A DNA stretch of 52,710 nt. Origin: Octopus bimaculoides (taxonomy: Eukaryota). The stretch spans positions 110,863,305 to 110,916,014 of the forward strand of contig NC_068982.1 of assembly GCF_001194135.2 (NCBI RefSeq), read 5' to 3'. Position numbers and translations under genes: made by a program. Under the pieces are notes generated by a model. The model searched no databases and was not told the origin of the DNA. It saw only the letters and a program-made list of their open reading frames with translations. This document shows positions 1-12,949 of the stretch, in pieces. Within the stretch, counting starts at the first letter, position 1; every line of letters starts with the position of its first letter.

Positions 1-480
1 TGTATATATATATATATATATATATGCACAAATACACACAGACACACAGACACACACATATATACGTGCACACACACACGCATACATATACGTGCGTGTT
101 AATGTGTCAACAAATATTATCGAGGATAATTACCATTATAAAACGTCTTACGAAACCCTTTGAAAATACATTAATTTATTTTTATTTCAGTATCTTTTAA
201 CAGCTAGCTGTCATATAATAGGAAGTTCCCGATCAACAGACACACATATACGCACGCGCACACACACACACACACAGACACACACACGCACACACACACA
301 CACATATACATACATACATACATACACAAACAAACAAACACACACAGATACACTTTCATATGCCCACACATGCACACATACATGGTCACACACACTCACA
401 CATGCATGCATATACATACTAATGTAACAGACATACCGAGAGTATAACAGACAAATAGACAGACAGATAGACAGACATAC
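1..480. repeat. Compound (TA)n/(CA)n/(TACA)n/(CAGA)n microsatellite-rich region
   Basis: Direct reading; it explains the VCVC/THTH ORFs. Confidence 0.9.
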
Positions 481-2205
481 GCATAGAACGTGTGCGAATT
501 TCACATGAAATTACTGTTCCGACCAGTCAGGGAGGACCAAAATGTAGATCCGCCCATCTTTGAGACGAAGTTACAGTTGTCTGAGTCATACACTGATCTT
601 CAAATATTAGGTTGGAATTTTCTCAACACTAGTTTCAACACTGAATATTGGTATCTTCATTCTTTTCCTGATTATTCACCTTCCAGAAAGAACTAAGCAT
701 TTCTTTATTTTTCTTTATTTTTTATTTATTTAATTGTTTTTTTTTTTCATGTTCCAAAATTACAAATANNNNNNNNNNNNNNNNNNNNNNNNNNNNNNNN
801 NNNNNNNNNNNNNNNNNNNNNNNNNNNNNNNNNNNNNNNNNNNNNNNNNNNNNNNNNNNNNNNNNNNNNNNNNNNNNNNNNNNNNNNNNNNNNNNNNNNN
901 NNNNNNNNNNNNNNNNNNNNNNNNNNNNNNNNNNNNNNNNNNNNNNNNNNNNNNNNNNNNNNNNNNNNNNNNNNNNNNNNNNNNNNNNNNNNNNNNNNNN
1001 NNNNNNNNNNNNNNNNNNNNNNNNNNNNNNNNNNNNNNNNNNNNNNNNNNNNNNNNNNNNNNNNNNNNNNNNNNNNNNNNNNNNNNNNNNNNNNNNNNNN
1101 NNNNNNNNNNNNNNNNNNNNNNNNNNNNNNNNNNNNNNNNNNNNNNNNNNNNNNNNNNNNNNNNNNNNNNNNNNNNNNNNNNNNNNNNNNNNNNNNNNNN
1201 NNNNNNNNNNNNNNNNNNNNNNNNNNNNNNNNNNNNNNNNNNNNNNNNNNNNNNNNNNNNNNNNNNNNNNNNNNNNNNNNNNNNNNNNNNNNNNNNNNNN
1301 NNNNNNNNNNNNNNNNNNNNNNNNNNNNNNNNNNNNNNNNNNNNNNNNNNNNNNNNNNNNNNNNNNNNNNNNNNNNNNNNNNNNNNNNNNNNNNNNNNNN
1401 NNNNNNNNTATATATATATATATATGATATATATATATATCACATATATGTTTATGTACACAATCACATAAACACGTGCACGCACAAACACACACACACT
1501 CACACATATATACATTGGCATGACTTTAAACTACAACTAGTAGTGGATATCTAGTTTGAGAATTGCGGCGGTCTACTCTGAAACCAGAGTAGTAACACCT
1601 TCTAGCTAATACACCGGGTCAACTAACTTATGTGATGACATTCCGAGCCCGGGGTCGCAGAATTAGCCTTGGTCGGTGTTAGGACGCGCAATAAAACCAT
1701 TGTGACAACATCTTTTTTGGAAAAGCAAACTCTGACGTAAAACATGCGTGATTACTGGTCATCTCGCTTCGACTTGTTTACTAGTTATTAATCACGGACA
1801 CTTAGAGATTGATACTAGCGTTGTACGAGTGTTCACCATTATAACCGTATGACGTATAGATGTCTCTTTCTGGCGGCCTCATTTGTCATCCCATCTACTG
1901 AAAGTTCTACTGCGTTAGATGACTGGCGACATATGCAGACCTAACCTGTTGGAAGTACATAGTAAGTTCCAACTTTCGTCTGTCACCTATGCTACAGACC
2001 ATGCAGATCTCCGACGGGATTATATAGACCCGTAAGAAGTTATATCCATTATATCTATCGTATAATATATTTACTGAAGAATTCTGTCTTCAAAGTATAT
2101 TATATTAAACCAGTGTAACTTGGATAAAACTATCGCTATAAGAGGTTTATATATCCTCATAATGACTATATATATATAGATATACACTCACACACATACG
2201 CACAC

Positions 2206-2229
2206 AGATCGGAAGAGCCGTCGTGTAGG
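2206..2229 (+). other. Illumina TruSeq adapter read-through (assembly contaminant)
   Basis: agatcggaagagccgtcgtgtagg matches AGATCGGAAGAGCGTCGTGTAGG with one extra C and ends exactly at a 10-N gap. Confidence 0.93.
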
Positions 2230-2269
2230 NNNNNNNNNNACACACACACACCCACACATATATATATAT

Positions 2270-2301
<32 letters not shown>

Positions 2302-2465
2302 TGGTATGGATATTTATATATATATCAAAAGAATATGTTGTAATATCATTCACATATACAAAAACAGCCATACCAACAATCAAACATACCCCCATTATCA
2401 GCTGCCCCACGGATATCATTATGGTTTCTTATGTGTGTGTGTTTGTATGCATATGTATGCATGTT

Positions 2466-2517
<52 letters not shown>

Positions 2518-3660
2518 NNNNNNNNNNNNNNNNNNNNNNNNNNNNNNNNNNNNNNNNNNNNNNNNNNNNNNNNNNNNNNNNNNNNNNNNNNNNNNNNNNN
2601 NNNNNNNNNNNNNNNNNNNNNNNNNNNNNNNNNNNNNNNNNNNNNNNNNNNNNNNNNNNNNNNNNNNNNNNNNNNNNNNNNNNNNNNNNNNNNNNNNNNN
2701 NNNNNNNNNNNNNNNNNNNNNNNNNNNNNNNNNNNNNNNNNNNNNNNNNNNNNNNNNNNNNNNNNNNNNNNNNNNNNNNNNNNNNNNNNNNNNNNNNNNN
2801 NNNNNNNNNNNNNNNNNNNNNNNNNNNNNNNNNNNNNNNNNNNNNNNNNNNNNNNNNNNNNNNNNNNNNNNNNNNNNNNNNNNNNNNNNNNNNNNNNNNN
2901 NNNNNNNNNNNNNNNNNNNNNNNNNNNNNNNNNNNNNNNNNNNNNNNNNNNNNNNNNNNNNNNNNNNNNNNNNNNNNNNNNNNNNNNNNNNNNNNNNNNN
3001 NNNNNNNNNNNNNNNNNNNNNNNNNNNNNNNNNNNNNNNNNNNNNNNNNNNNNNNNNNNNNNNNNNNNNNNNNNNNNNNNNNNNNNNNNNNNNATATATG
3101 TATATATATATATATATTCATATACATATGCATATATACAAATATATACGTGTATTACCTACGTAGGCTCGAAGATATAAGCAGAATATTTTGGAAAATG
3201 TAAACAGGGACCATACGCACGCGTGTGGGATGGGAAGGAGAAGGTATACACAGACGAGGGTAGGGTGAAAGGCGTTATACAATTTATGTATATGTAACTG
3301 AACGAATTATAAACAAAAATATTAACACACAAAAGAAAATATAGGCATGATAAAACACGTCTAAAAAGATATTTATAGAAAAATTAAGCCTAAACTTTCA
3401 CTTGCGTTGATCTGGCTACCACATTTCCCATGTTGCTTCATTCAAAATATTGGTATTCTCTGGGGCTCATGGACTACACTGGGGAAATCAGGAGCCTTAT
3501 TAATAAAGGCAATGACTTCGAGCTTTTATCGAGTGTGCGGTTTATTTAAACTGAAGAAGCTACATTCTTGCATAACTGCAGAGTCACCGTTCACATATTT
3601 ACTATATATTTACTCATTGTGACTGAGACGTTAAATACGAACGAACGACAAAATCAAGCA

Positions 3661-3736
3661 AGCAACCAGCCAGCCAACCAACCAACCAACCAACCAACCA
3701 ACAAATCAAACAAATACAACTAGCGAGATAGCTAAC

Positions 3737-3791
<55 letters not shown>
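3661..3791. repeat. (CCAA)n followed by (TCTA)n tetranucleotide microsatellites
   Basis: Direct reading. Confidence 0.9.
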
Positions 3792-3794
<3 letters not shown>

Positions 3795-4380
3795 AACATG
3801 TATAATCATGGTTCTATATATACATGCATACATGCATACATGCATACATGCATATCACCCCTTACACACATACATATGTATGCATATATCCACCACTCCC
3901 TCCACTTACGATCGCAAGAATGTGGTTTCGAATCCCAGATCGGCGGTAACCTGTAAGATAAAGGAGGAAGTTATGATAAAACCCAAGATTTGGCCCGAAT
4001 GCCTGCGGCAGTGGTAACTCCGTGAGTCGAACGTTACGAGATTTGAAATACGATTTCTTTGATACCAAACCATACACTGTACATCAACATGATAACTGCA
4101 ACGTTTCTACTTTCTTTATTCTTGATATATTTGAATATTGGATGTTATGTTGAACAGTTAGATAGAAATGCTAGCCTGTCCAAAGTATTTGATAATATTT
4201 CAGTTTTGAACTTCTGCCAATGTCGACTGCCAACATTGTCTTTGAATCTTCGAGGCGTGTTGCGCTCAGGAAGTGTGAAGTGTATGTGTGTGTGTTGAGG
4301 TCGTCTATCAATGAAATAAATACCAGAAGCATGCTAAGGACTGTTTAAACTCTCACTTCTTCAAAGAAAGAAGTCAATAT

Positions 4381-4619
4381 ATGCGGCGAGCCGGCAGAAT
4401 CGTTAGCACGCCGGGCGAAATGCTTAGCGGGATTTCGTCTGCCGGTTTTTCGTTCTGAGTTCAAATTCCGCCGAGGTCGACTTTGCCTTTCATCCTTTCG
4501 GGGTCGATTAGATAAGTAATAGTTACGCACTGAGGTCGATGTAATCGACTCAATCTCTTTGTCTGTCCTTGTTTGTCCCCTCTATGTTTAGCCCCCTGCA
4601 GGCAATAAAGAAATAAATA
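4381..4619 (+). mobile_element. tRNA-derived SINE, family B, near full length
   Basis: Head gcggcgagccggcagaatcgttag with B-box-like gagttcaaattcc; core ggtcgactttgcctttcatcctttcggggtcgat (resembles the MetaSINE domain, from memory); A-rich tail. Several related copies occur in this window. Confidence 0.9.
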
Positions 4620-4904
4620 TATTCTGGTTCTTACCATAGTAGCTATCAAAGATTTGACTCACTTGCCATTACAAGTCCCCATTTACATTCCGGAGTTCTC
4701 TGTTTCATGATTAATGATTTTTCTTCTTCATTTCAAGTTTAAATTCAACGATTCTTTTCCGCTTTCCGCATTCTGTATGTTAGTCCACACTATATTTCAG
4801 GTGTGCAAGGGAAGTGCGCCTCACTCGGAATATAGGGTACGCGTTACCTGTATCATATAAATTTGTTTCCAAATCTAAAAAAATATGCCCAAAATAGACA
4901 CGAG

Positions 4905-5075
4905 TAGAACTACGTGATTAAGGAGTTCGTTTTGTAACTATGTTGTTTCGAGTTCAAGCCCACTGTCTAGCACCTCCAGTAAGTGTATTCTACAGTGTGC
5001 TCAGGTCGACTTATGCTCTCTAAGTGAATTTGGTAGATGGAAACTGTGCGGAAGATTATCCTGTACGAACACATA
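4905..5075 (+). mobile_element. Diverged SINE, family D (CORE-like), ending in (TG)n
   Basis: Aligns by eye to 45025-45180 (gagttcaagcccactg...gaatttggtagatggaaactg). Confidence 0.7.
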
Positions 5076-6096
5076 TGTGTGTGTGTGTGTGTGGGTGTGA
5101 GGTATGTGTGTTGCTTATATGTGTGTGCGCGTGTGTGCGTGCGCGCGTGTGTGTTATATGTGTATGCGCGCGCGGCGTGTGTGTACGTATGTAATGATTT
5201 CTACTGGAATATAGTAACGGGCAATATACTTAGTTATAGGTAGCTAACAAATAGTGGTTTCTTATATCGGTATATTACCAAACATTTATGGGCTACAAAT
5301 GATTGACTGCATCCCAGTTCATACCCATTGGCGAGAAGACAAACTAATTGAGCCAAGTATGGAATAGAAGTCAGAACATAGAGTGACGTAAATAAATCTT
5401 GTAACATATTCAGTGCGGCGCTCCATAGTTCTGTCATTTCATCGCTCGAATTTAAATAATAATGTAATCGCTGGTGCAAGTGCACATCCGCTAGTGTTCA
5501 CTAAATACCGGAAGCTGGAAAGTGAAAGTGGGTGGGAAGTAGGGTGCGAGCATGGATAAGGGCATTTGAGAGATTTGAAAGAGAGGGAGGAAGAGAGAGA
5601 GAGAGAAAGAGTGAGAGATGGAGAGAGAGAGAGAGAGAGAGAGAGATTGTCAAAGAGTCATATGAACTGTCGACGAACTGATAAATAGTCAGTGAGAGAA
5701 ATGAAGAGAAGACGAGGGTCGATGGTCGGAATTCACTTTGAAATGAATGAGATGAAAGCAATGGGATAAGTGGCTTGTGAAGTGGCTTCTGTCAAGGACC
5801 ATTGTCACTGAGCTTATGTCGTTAAATACTCTAATTCTGCATATATCTATAGATATATTCCTCTTTTCCATTTTCCTTCTCTCAATTTATATATCTTTCT
5901 TCTCCTCTCTCTTCATATATATATATATANNNNNNNNNNNNNNNNNNNNNNNNNNNNNNNNNNNNNNNNNNNNNNNNNNNNNNNNNNNNNNNNNNNNNNN
6001 NNNNNNNNNNNNNNNNNNNNNNNNNNNNNNNNNNTATATATTTACACACACACACACACCACACACATATATGCAAGTAGAGAGAGGCAGGGAGAC

Positions 6097-6139
<43 letters not shown>

Positions 6140-6390
6140 AAGAGTGTGGTGTGTCATTATAGGTAGATAAACATAGAGACAGATGTATAGATACACATAC
6201 ACTTCACATTACGCATCTCAACTTATCCAGAAACGAAGTATTTTCTCCAGGAAATGCTCCTTTAAAACATATAACCCCGAGATAAAGAGGGAGTCTCGAA
6301 GTGGTCTATTGATACAATGCTAGGCATAGCAGGTACATGTCATACGTTACCATTTAGTAAAAGCAAGGACTTTATATCACGCAGACTTAC

Positions 6391-6471
6391 ATACACCATT
6401 TCACCAAAAGATGGGATGGCGTCATTTGGAACTTCTCGGTTATAGATTTGCTCTTCCTCGGTTGATCTGGG
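6391..6471 (-). other. Candidate 81-nt internal exon (unverified)
   Basis: Acceptor tcttgttattttttag and donor GTAAGT. Length is a multiple of 3 and two frames are open (PRSTEEEQIYNREVPNDAIPSFGEMVY or PDQPRKSKSITEKFQMTPSHLLVKWC). No homology recognised. Confidence 0.2.
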
Positions 6472-6834
6472 CTAAAAAATAACAAGATCACTTTTGCTTG
6501 ACTTGCTAGAATGACAGTCAAATAATTCTCAAATCAAGCTTACAATCTTTGAAAAGTTTAGAAAAGAAAAAAATGAATAAATGAGTGGAAATCGAACTGG
6601 TGAGTGTGTTAAATAATAAGGCACTAAAAAAGAATGACTCTCCCCAGACACAATAAAATATGCTTCAAAACACGAATTCGCATAAAGAATCTTGCAAACC
6701 AAATACAAAAACGAAACATTTGATAATGTTTTAGATAAGCTATCTGAAGGAAAAGATGAGATGGCTACGTCCGGAATATACTTGATCATTGATTTACTTG
6801 ATTATAACATAGTAAAAGACGATAGTGTAGTCTC

Positions 6835-6928
6835 CATGGCTATCGTATAAGACGCTTGCTCAAGGTATCGCGCAGTGAGACTGAATCCGAAACCGTGTGG
6901 TTGCGAAGCGAACTTCTTAACCACAGCC

Positions 6929-6930
<2 letters not shown>
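6835..6930 (-). mobile_element. SINE family D, 5' part
   Basis: Reverse complement reads ggctgtggttaagaagttcgcttcgcaaccacacggtttcggattcagtc, matching the heads at 45025 and 48805. Confidence 0.8.
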
Positions 6931-6972
<42 letters not shown>

Positions 6973-7020
6973 CTTTAAACAGTAGCCACAGGGAACAGCT
7001 GTCGAAGAACTTTGATAGAT

Positions 7021-7131
7021 ATTAATCTCAAATTTTGGCACAAGGCCAGAAGTTTTGAGAGAAGGAGTAAGTCGAGTAAGCCGCTAAGCATTTTGCCCGG
7101 CGTTCTAACAATTCTGCCAGCTCGCCGTCTT
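7021..7131 (-). mobile_element. SINE family B, internally deleted
   Basis: ccgctaagcattttgcccggcgttctaacaattctgccagctcgcc is the reverse complement of the family B head, joined to a tail-like segment. Confidence 0.75.
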
Positions 7132-8139
7132 AGAACCTTGATAGATATAATCGTCCTTCAACTAAACTGTCGAGTAATGTTAGAAGGCAGGAGATAATCT
7201 CACAACTTAAGCGTTACTACAGTAGAATATAAAAGGAAATTAGACTGCATTCCACTTTTATATTCATTAAAATACTCTATATGAATAAGGTACATGATGG
7301 AATAATAGTCTCTTTGCAAGAGAGTTAAGATAAAGCAATTCTCTTACCACAAGAATTACAAGTATTCACTTTCTCTTAGTTTTTCCCTCTTTAATGGATA
7401 TACTGAATAGGATTCAGTGTAATACGCCAACTATCTTATATACATAAACATTAGCTATATGTAGGGAAGATATCCAGTTCGAGAACAGCCTAAATATTCA
7501 ATTCACTTTAAAGTATCGTTTGACTGAACATGAAACAAGGAAGTTGCACCCAGACAACCTTCATAATAGGAAAACGAAAATAAACTTAATTCAACAAAAG
7601 CTAGAGCGAGAACAGATACGTAAATACTTAGGAGAAGTGAAATGAGCCATAATTTAAAATACACAAAGGAGTGAAAATATCAAAAAAGAATTAAATGGGC
7701 AAATTAGATGCGTTCTATGAAGTGAACTAAATACCATGATAAAAGTAATTTATATCAACACAGTAGTTGTGTTGTAATTAAATACAATTTTTACATAAGG
7801 AATTTGAAATTAAGAGAACTGAAAAACAGAGACAGGAAAATAAAACCATTATAACAGAGTTCAGTATTCCTACTCGAAGTTTGATGGTGGTAAAATATAC
7901 TTCTAATATATTTGTAAACGTTAAAAATTCATCGAAACAGAAAATTATATTTTTTAATCAAATTAACATTTGTAGGCGTACAAGAGTATATAATACATAA
8001 ACATTAGCACAGGCTCATAAAATACACATTAAAATATTTAGTGAACAAAGAACCATTATTCATATTTGATGGAATGGAGGCAATTTAGATAATAACCAAT
8101 AGTATGAGACAATATTTATCGCTTCCATCAGCATCCTGA

Positions 8140-8270
8140 ACGCAGCATCCCAAGGCTGCTATAGATAAAACATACCTATCACCTGTGAAGTTTGTAAAGA
8201 GACTTATATAGCCATGAAACTAATAAGTGGGCAGAGTGAACATCAAGAAAATAATTAGGAGATAACAAAC
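8140..8270 (+). mobile_element. Possible degraded Penelope-like GIY-YIG fragment
   Basis: Translates QGCYR*NIPITCEVCKETYIA...EHQE, resembling the GxxYxIxCxxCxxxYIG...EH pattern. Confidence 0.35.
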
Positions 8271-8459
8271 TCACTTTCATTAATAAAACATATAAAGAAA
8301 ACCGATTTAAAAAAATACTAAACACAATAGTGAAAATATACTCGAGAAAGACTGGTGAGAAAAACTTCTCGATATTCAGGACTAGCAAAATAAGATACAT
8401 AAGCAAATGTAAGCTTTTCAGGGATAGCTTCCTTTCAGCCCATTCCTAGGTGAAACAGT

Positions 8460-8895
8460 TCACCCTGCCTCGTAATTTCGTCCGGACCATACCAAACAAC
8501 AGCGTAGACTTGCTTCTACAGATACAAAGCTGTAAGCTCTTGTCCGGATTTATTTTTTTTACCTTACCATCGCCTCGTGTTCCTTTAGAACGGTACCGAC
8601 TACTTCCCTATTTGTGGTGCCGATAACATTACATCCTCCACATACGTCAACATAGCTCTCTCGCAACTCAGTTTGAAGGAATGCTCTTCAAGAACCCTAG
8701 CTCCCGCAGCAATAGCTTGAGAGCCAGCACGTTTAGAAAAGACGAAACACATCTCTGATGTACAGAGCGCGTGATATGAAACGAGATGTTCCGAGAGATG
8801 ACCACTTTTTTTGACTACTGAGCAAATGCCACAGTGCATTGCTACGATCCATTCTCTGGAAATGAGTCCAAAACTGGCCACTTTTAGAGCTACTG
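8460..8895 (-). mobile_element. Degraded L1/Tx1-clade LINE reverse transcriptase fragment
   Basis: Frameshifted pieces KVASFGLISREWIVAMHCGICSVVKKSGHLSE / ITRSVHQRCVSSFLNVLALKLLLREL / MLTYVEDV / EVVGTVLKEHEAM / KINPDKS follow Tx1-type RT motifs in order (NGHLSEPF, RSVRQGCPLSPLLY, AYADD, GAKINxEKS). Confidence 0.8.
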
Positions 8896-8907
8896 CCGAA
8901 CAAAATT

Positions 8908-9058
8908 TATAATAATAATAATAATGCTGTCGAATTTTGGTACAAGTGCAGCAAGTTCGGGGGAATGAATAAGTCAATTACATTGACCCCCACTGCTCAA
9001 CTGGTACTTATTTTATCGACACCTGAAAGGAAGAAAGGCAAATTCGACCTCGGAGGAA
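8908..9058 (-). mobile_element. SINE family B, 3' half with (ATT)n tail
   Basis: Reverse complement of the core (aaaggcaaattcgacctcgg, ctggtacttattttatcgac). Confidence 0.8.
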
Positions 9059-9298
9059 ATTTATTTTAATAATGCTTTCTTATAATAATGATTTGTAACA
9101 GAGGGCTTAAATCTTACGGAAAGGTATAATCGATTAAATGGACGTCAGCATTTTATTGCTTATTAATTTATTGATACCAGAAGAGTAAGAGGGATGAAAT
9201 TGAATTTGGCAAGAGTTGAACTCGCGTCACAAGGGCACAAATGTTAGATGTGGGCAGGCGTATAGTCAATTATATCCAGACAGTATATTTATTACTAG

Positions 9299-9687
9299 TG
9301 GAGGCTCAATGGCCCAGTGGTTAGGGCAGCAGACTCGCGGTCATAGGATCGCGGTTTCGATTCCCAGACCGGGCGTTGTGAGTGTTTATTGAGCCAAAGC
9401 ACCTAAAAGCTCCACGAGGCTCCGGCAGCGGATGGTGGCGAACTCTGCTGTACTCTTTCACCACAACTTTCTCTCACTCTTACTTCCTGTTTCTGTTGTG
9501 CCTGTAATTCAAAGGGTCAGCCTTGTCACACTGTGTCACGCTGAATATCTCTCGAGAACTACGTTATGGGTACACGTGTCTGTGGAGTGCTCAGCCGCTT
9601 GCACGTTAATTTCACGAGCAGGCTGTTCCGTTGATCGGATCAACTGGAACCCTCGTCGTCGTAAGCGACGGAGTGCCAACAATAACA
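9299..9687 (+). mobile_element. tRNA-derived SINE, family A, full length with a perfect 12-bp TSD
   Basis: A-box tggcccagtgg, B-box ggtttcgattccc, (CAA/AAT) tail. TSD atttattactag at 9287-9298 and 9688-9699. Highly similar copies at 47313 and 32138. Confidence 0.95.
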
Positions 9688-10199
9688 ATTTATTACTAGG
9701 ACATTTTTATGGAAACCACTCTCATCTACCCCTTCTTCCTGAGTAGATGTAAGGCAAAGTCGACATCGATGAGACTTGACTAAATACCATAAAATATTTT
9801 AGTCTGGTGCTCTGCTGATTCTACAACCCCACCGCCTTTTGCTATTCTAGAAAAGTAACAAGCGCAGATATATTTTATAGCTTTATGCAAACCAGCTTGT
9901 TTTATAACCATACTAACGTAAAGTTTTCCAACGTGACCACTGATGGCTGAAACGAACAAAAAGGAATAATGATAATAATCATAATAATAATAATAAGGGG
10001 AATAATTTTATCTGAAGGCTATAAGAGGAGTACTTACTTTGAACTCAATACAAAATACAGTGTGGAAGTTTAACGCCAAAAGTAGAGTATCACATTAAAC
10101 CAGTGAACCGTCATTTGAGCATAAAGAACCTATACAAAGCAGAGGTTTGAATCAATTCTTCAATTTCCTTTACAAATTCACTAAGGATGGACGGTTTGT

Positions 10200-10202
10200 G
10201 TA

Positions 10203-10235
<33 letters not shown>

Positions 10236-10349
10236 GTCTGACTGTCTATCTATCCATTATCTATTTATCTATCTGTTTATCTATGTATGTACCGATCGAT
10301 CGATCAATCGATCTTTACACGCACACACACACATATATGTATGTGTGTG

Positions 10350-10388
<39 letters not shown>

Positions 10389-10647
10389 CGTATGTATGTA
10401 TGTGTGTGTAGACAGATGCATGTGTACAATTATATATACATATATACTCTACATCTGTCTTTCTCACACGCACATATATATATATACAAGTATGCATGCA
10501 CACGCAAATACATCGAGCATAGAGATACATGTGCATCTACCTCTGTTTGACTCTACACCATCCATCTGTCTGTTTCTCTGTCTCGCTAACTATCTGTATA
10601 TATGTTCTTTCTAGTTATTGAAATGTGGCTATTCTTGGATACCGCCT

Positions 10648-10699
<52 letters not shown>

Positions 10700-10810
10700 A
10701 CACAAGTGCGCGCGTGCGTTAGTGTGTATATATGCATATAAATGTTTGTTTGTGTGTGTGTTTGCGCGTGTGTGTGTGTGTGTGTGTGTTTGTATGTTTG
10801 TATGCAGGAG
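10200..10810. repeat. Microsatellite cluster (TCTA)n, (TA)n, (CA)n, (TG)n
   Basis: Direct reading. Confidence 0.9.
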
Positions 10811-11204
10811 TTCCAATAGCATATACCATCCTATTAAACGTAGGGTGATATAAGTTATTGGAAGGTGATATAAGTTACTGGACGCTGAAACTTCCATAAT
10901 CGTTATTTCGAGTTTCTTGTAGCTGATTTAAGGGTGGATATGAGAAATGGGAAACTAAAAGTATGTTTGAATATCGTAACAAACTTTGGAAGGATGTTAT
11001 GGAATAAGAAAATCTTACTGGGGGAAGTTTGGCAATGTGTAGAGATAAGGATAAATTATACCAAACAATGTTGTGAGCATAAGAATACGCATACAAGCAC
11101 ACACACACAAGTACATCTGTAAAAGCATATCTATGCAAAATTATAAGCATGCTGATTATTAAGTGGGCACAAAGAATTCTAAGAGTTTCACAGAAATAAC
11201 ACGG

Positions 11205-11378
11205 AGTGGTAAGTCGATTACATTGATCTCCACTGCTCAACTGGTATTTATTTTATCGACCCTGAAAGATGAAAGGCAATGTCGACCTCAGAGGCATTTG
11301 AGCTTAGAACGTAAAGACGGACGAAATTCAGGGAAGCATTTGGTCCGGCGTGCTAACAATTCTGCCGGCTCACCGTCT
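11205..11378 (-). mobile_element. SINE family B
   Basis: Reverse complement of head and core (ccggcgtgctaacaattctgccggctc; gaaagatgaaaggcaatgtcgacctc). Confidence 0.88.
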
Positions 11379-11624
11379 TAGTCAGAGTTAATATTTATGT
11401 CATATTAATGCTAAAGTTCTGAATTATTAGCTCTTTGAAACATATGTTGCTATTTCAATTAGAGATATCGAAAACCAAACGAAAGATTATTTTAAATAAG
11501 GATTCGAATTATCTTCTCTCTTGTAAGAAATTTAATTGTTAACATTTGTAACCTGATTATGTTTAGACGACGCTGCGTTTAACTGTGCATCTCATTATTA
11601 CTATGGGTATCGAAACTAGCTGAA

Positions 11625-11815
11625 ATGCTAAAGTGTTGGAAAAAATGCTTTGCGATATTTGTGCCAGCTCTTTACATTCTTAGTTCAAATCCCACTAAGG
11701 CAATTGCGCCATTCATCTTTTCGAAGTCGATAATATAAAGTACCAGTTAAGTACCAGGTCAATAGAATTAACTACCTCTCCCTCAAATTTCAGGCCTGTT
11801 GCAATATGAGAAATA
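11625..11815 (+). mobile_element. SINE family B, diverged
   Basis: ttagttcaaatccc...cattcatcttttcgaagtcgataatataagtaccag...caggcctgttgcaata. Confidence 0.75.
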
Positions 11816-12609
11816 CTTGATATTATGAGGTCTTCGTGATAATGGAATTATGGATAAAATAAAACAAGTAATCAATGTTCCAAATCACAAATAAATGTTC
11901 CAGAATATTATGTTACAATCAAATTTTTAGTTTAAATATGCGTACAGATTACCAAAGGATTATAAAATTTAACTGTTTTCACTTTCCGTTTAAGCATAAA
12001 TAAAAATCTTGTTTCATATAAATTTCATTAAGGCACACTATTTTTATAAAAAGTTTACATGCTTCATTAACCATTTTAATTATAGAAAACTTTTCAATGT
12101 CAGTAATATAGTCTTTTCATAATCTTGTAACTATATTATCCCGAACAATAGCTCGCTTGCCTGTAATTGTCTTTCGAAAGCATTTACAGAATTACTGTAA
12201 AGTTGTGTTTAAAAATACATATGCATATATTTAAGAAACTAAAAAAAATAATAAAATTCCACATGCTATACTAGGCTCATTTGGATTTTAAAAATAAAGA
12301 GGTTCGGCGGCGTTTTAAATTGAGTACTCAGCTCACCACAAATCACTCTATACATTTCTATGGCACAGTTTCCGTTCAAATTGACGCTGTAAACTCTGCT
12401 TAAGCGAGAAATTATATTAGTTCAAGAAGTGATGGATTAAACAAACGAAGAAATGTTAGATGATCGCAGATCAAATTACTGAAACAAGTAAAAGAGTAAA
12501 AGATATATATATATATATATATATATANNNNNNNNNNNNNNNNNNNNNNNNNNNNNNNNNNNNNNNNNNNNNNNNNNNNNNNNNNNNNNNNNNNNNNNNN
12601 NNNNNNNNN

Positions 12610-12672
<63 letters not shown>

Positions 12673-12949
12673 CGTAAATGTTTATATAGATATATATATG
12701 TGTGTGCCCTCGCGCTCGCGTGTGTATGTATATGTATATACAGGTACATGTGCCTAAAAAAAACATTTCTCACGTTGTATATTACAATATATAATTATTG
12801 AAAGATATATGGAAAACCAATGATACTGGTAAAAGTGAAAAGAACCCAAGGATATAAGAAAGACAACATAAGCCAAATGCGAAAAAATACACAAAACAAC
12901 AACGCAACTCCTAATATTTAATTTCACCCACAAGAATTTTCGTCAAGAA

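Noticed and set aside
2060-2105. AT-rich 19-pair hairpin
   Set aside because: Low-complexity TA pairing; not significant.
9299-9375. tRNA-like A/B boxes here and in other SINE heads
   Set aside because: They are SINE heads, not tRNA genes: they continue into repeat bodies with tails and TSDs.
10843-10880. 20-bp imperfect tandem duplication (ggtgatataagtta twice)
   Set aside because: Only two units, so an ordinary slippage product and not a CRISPR-like array. No CRISPR, rRNA or tRNA gene was found in the window.
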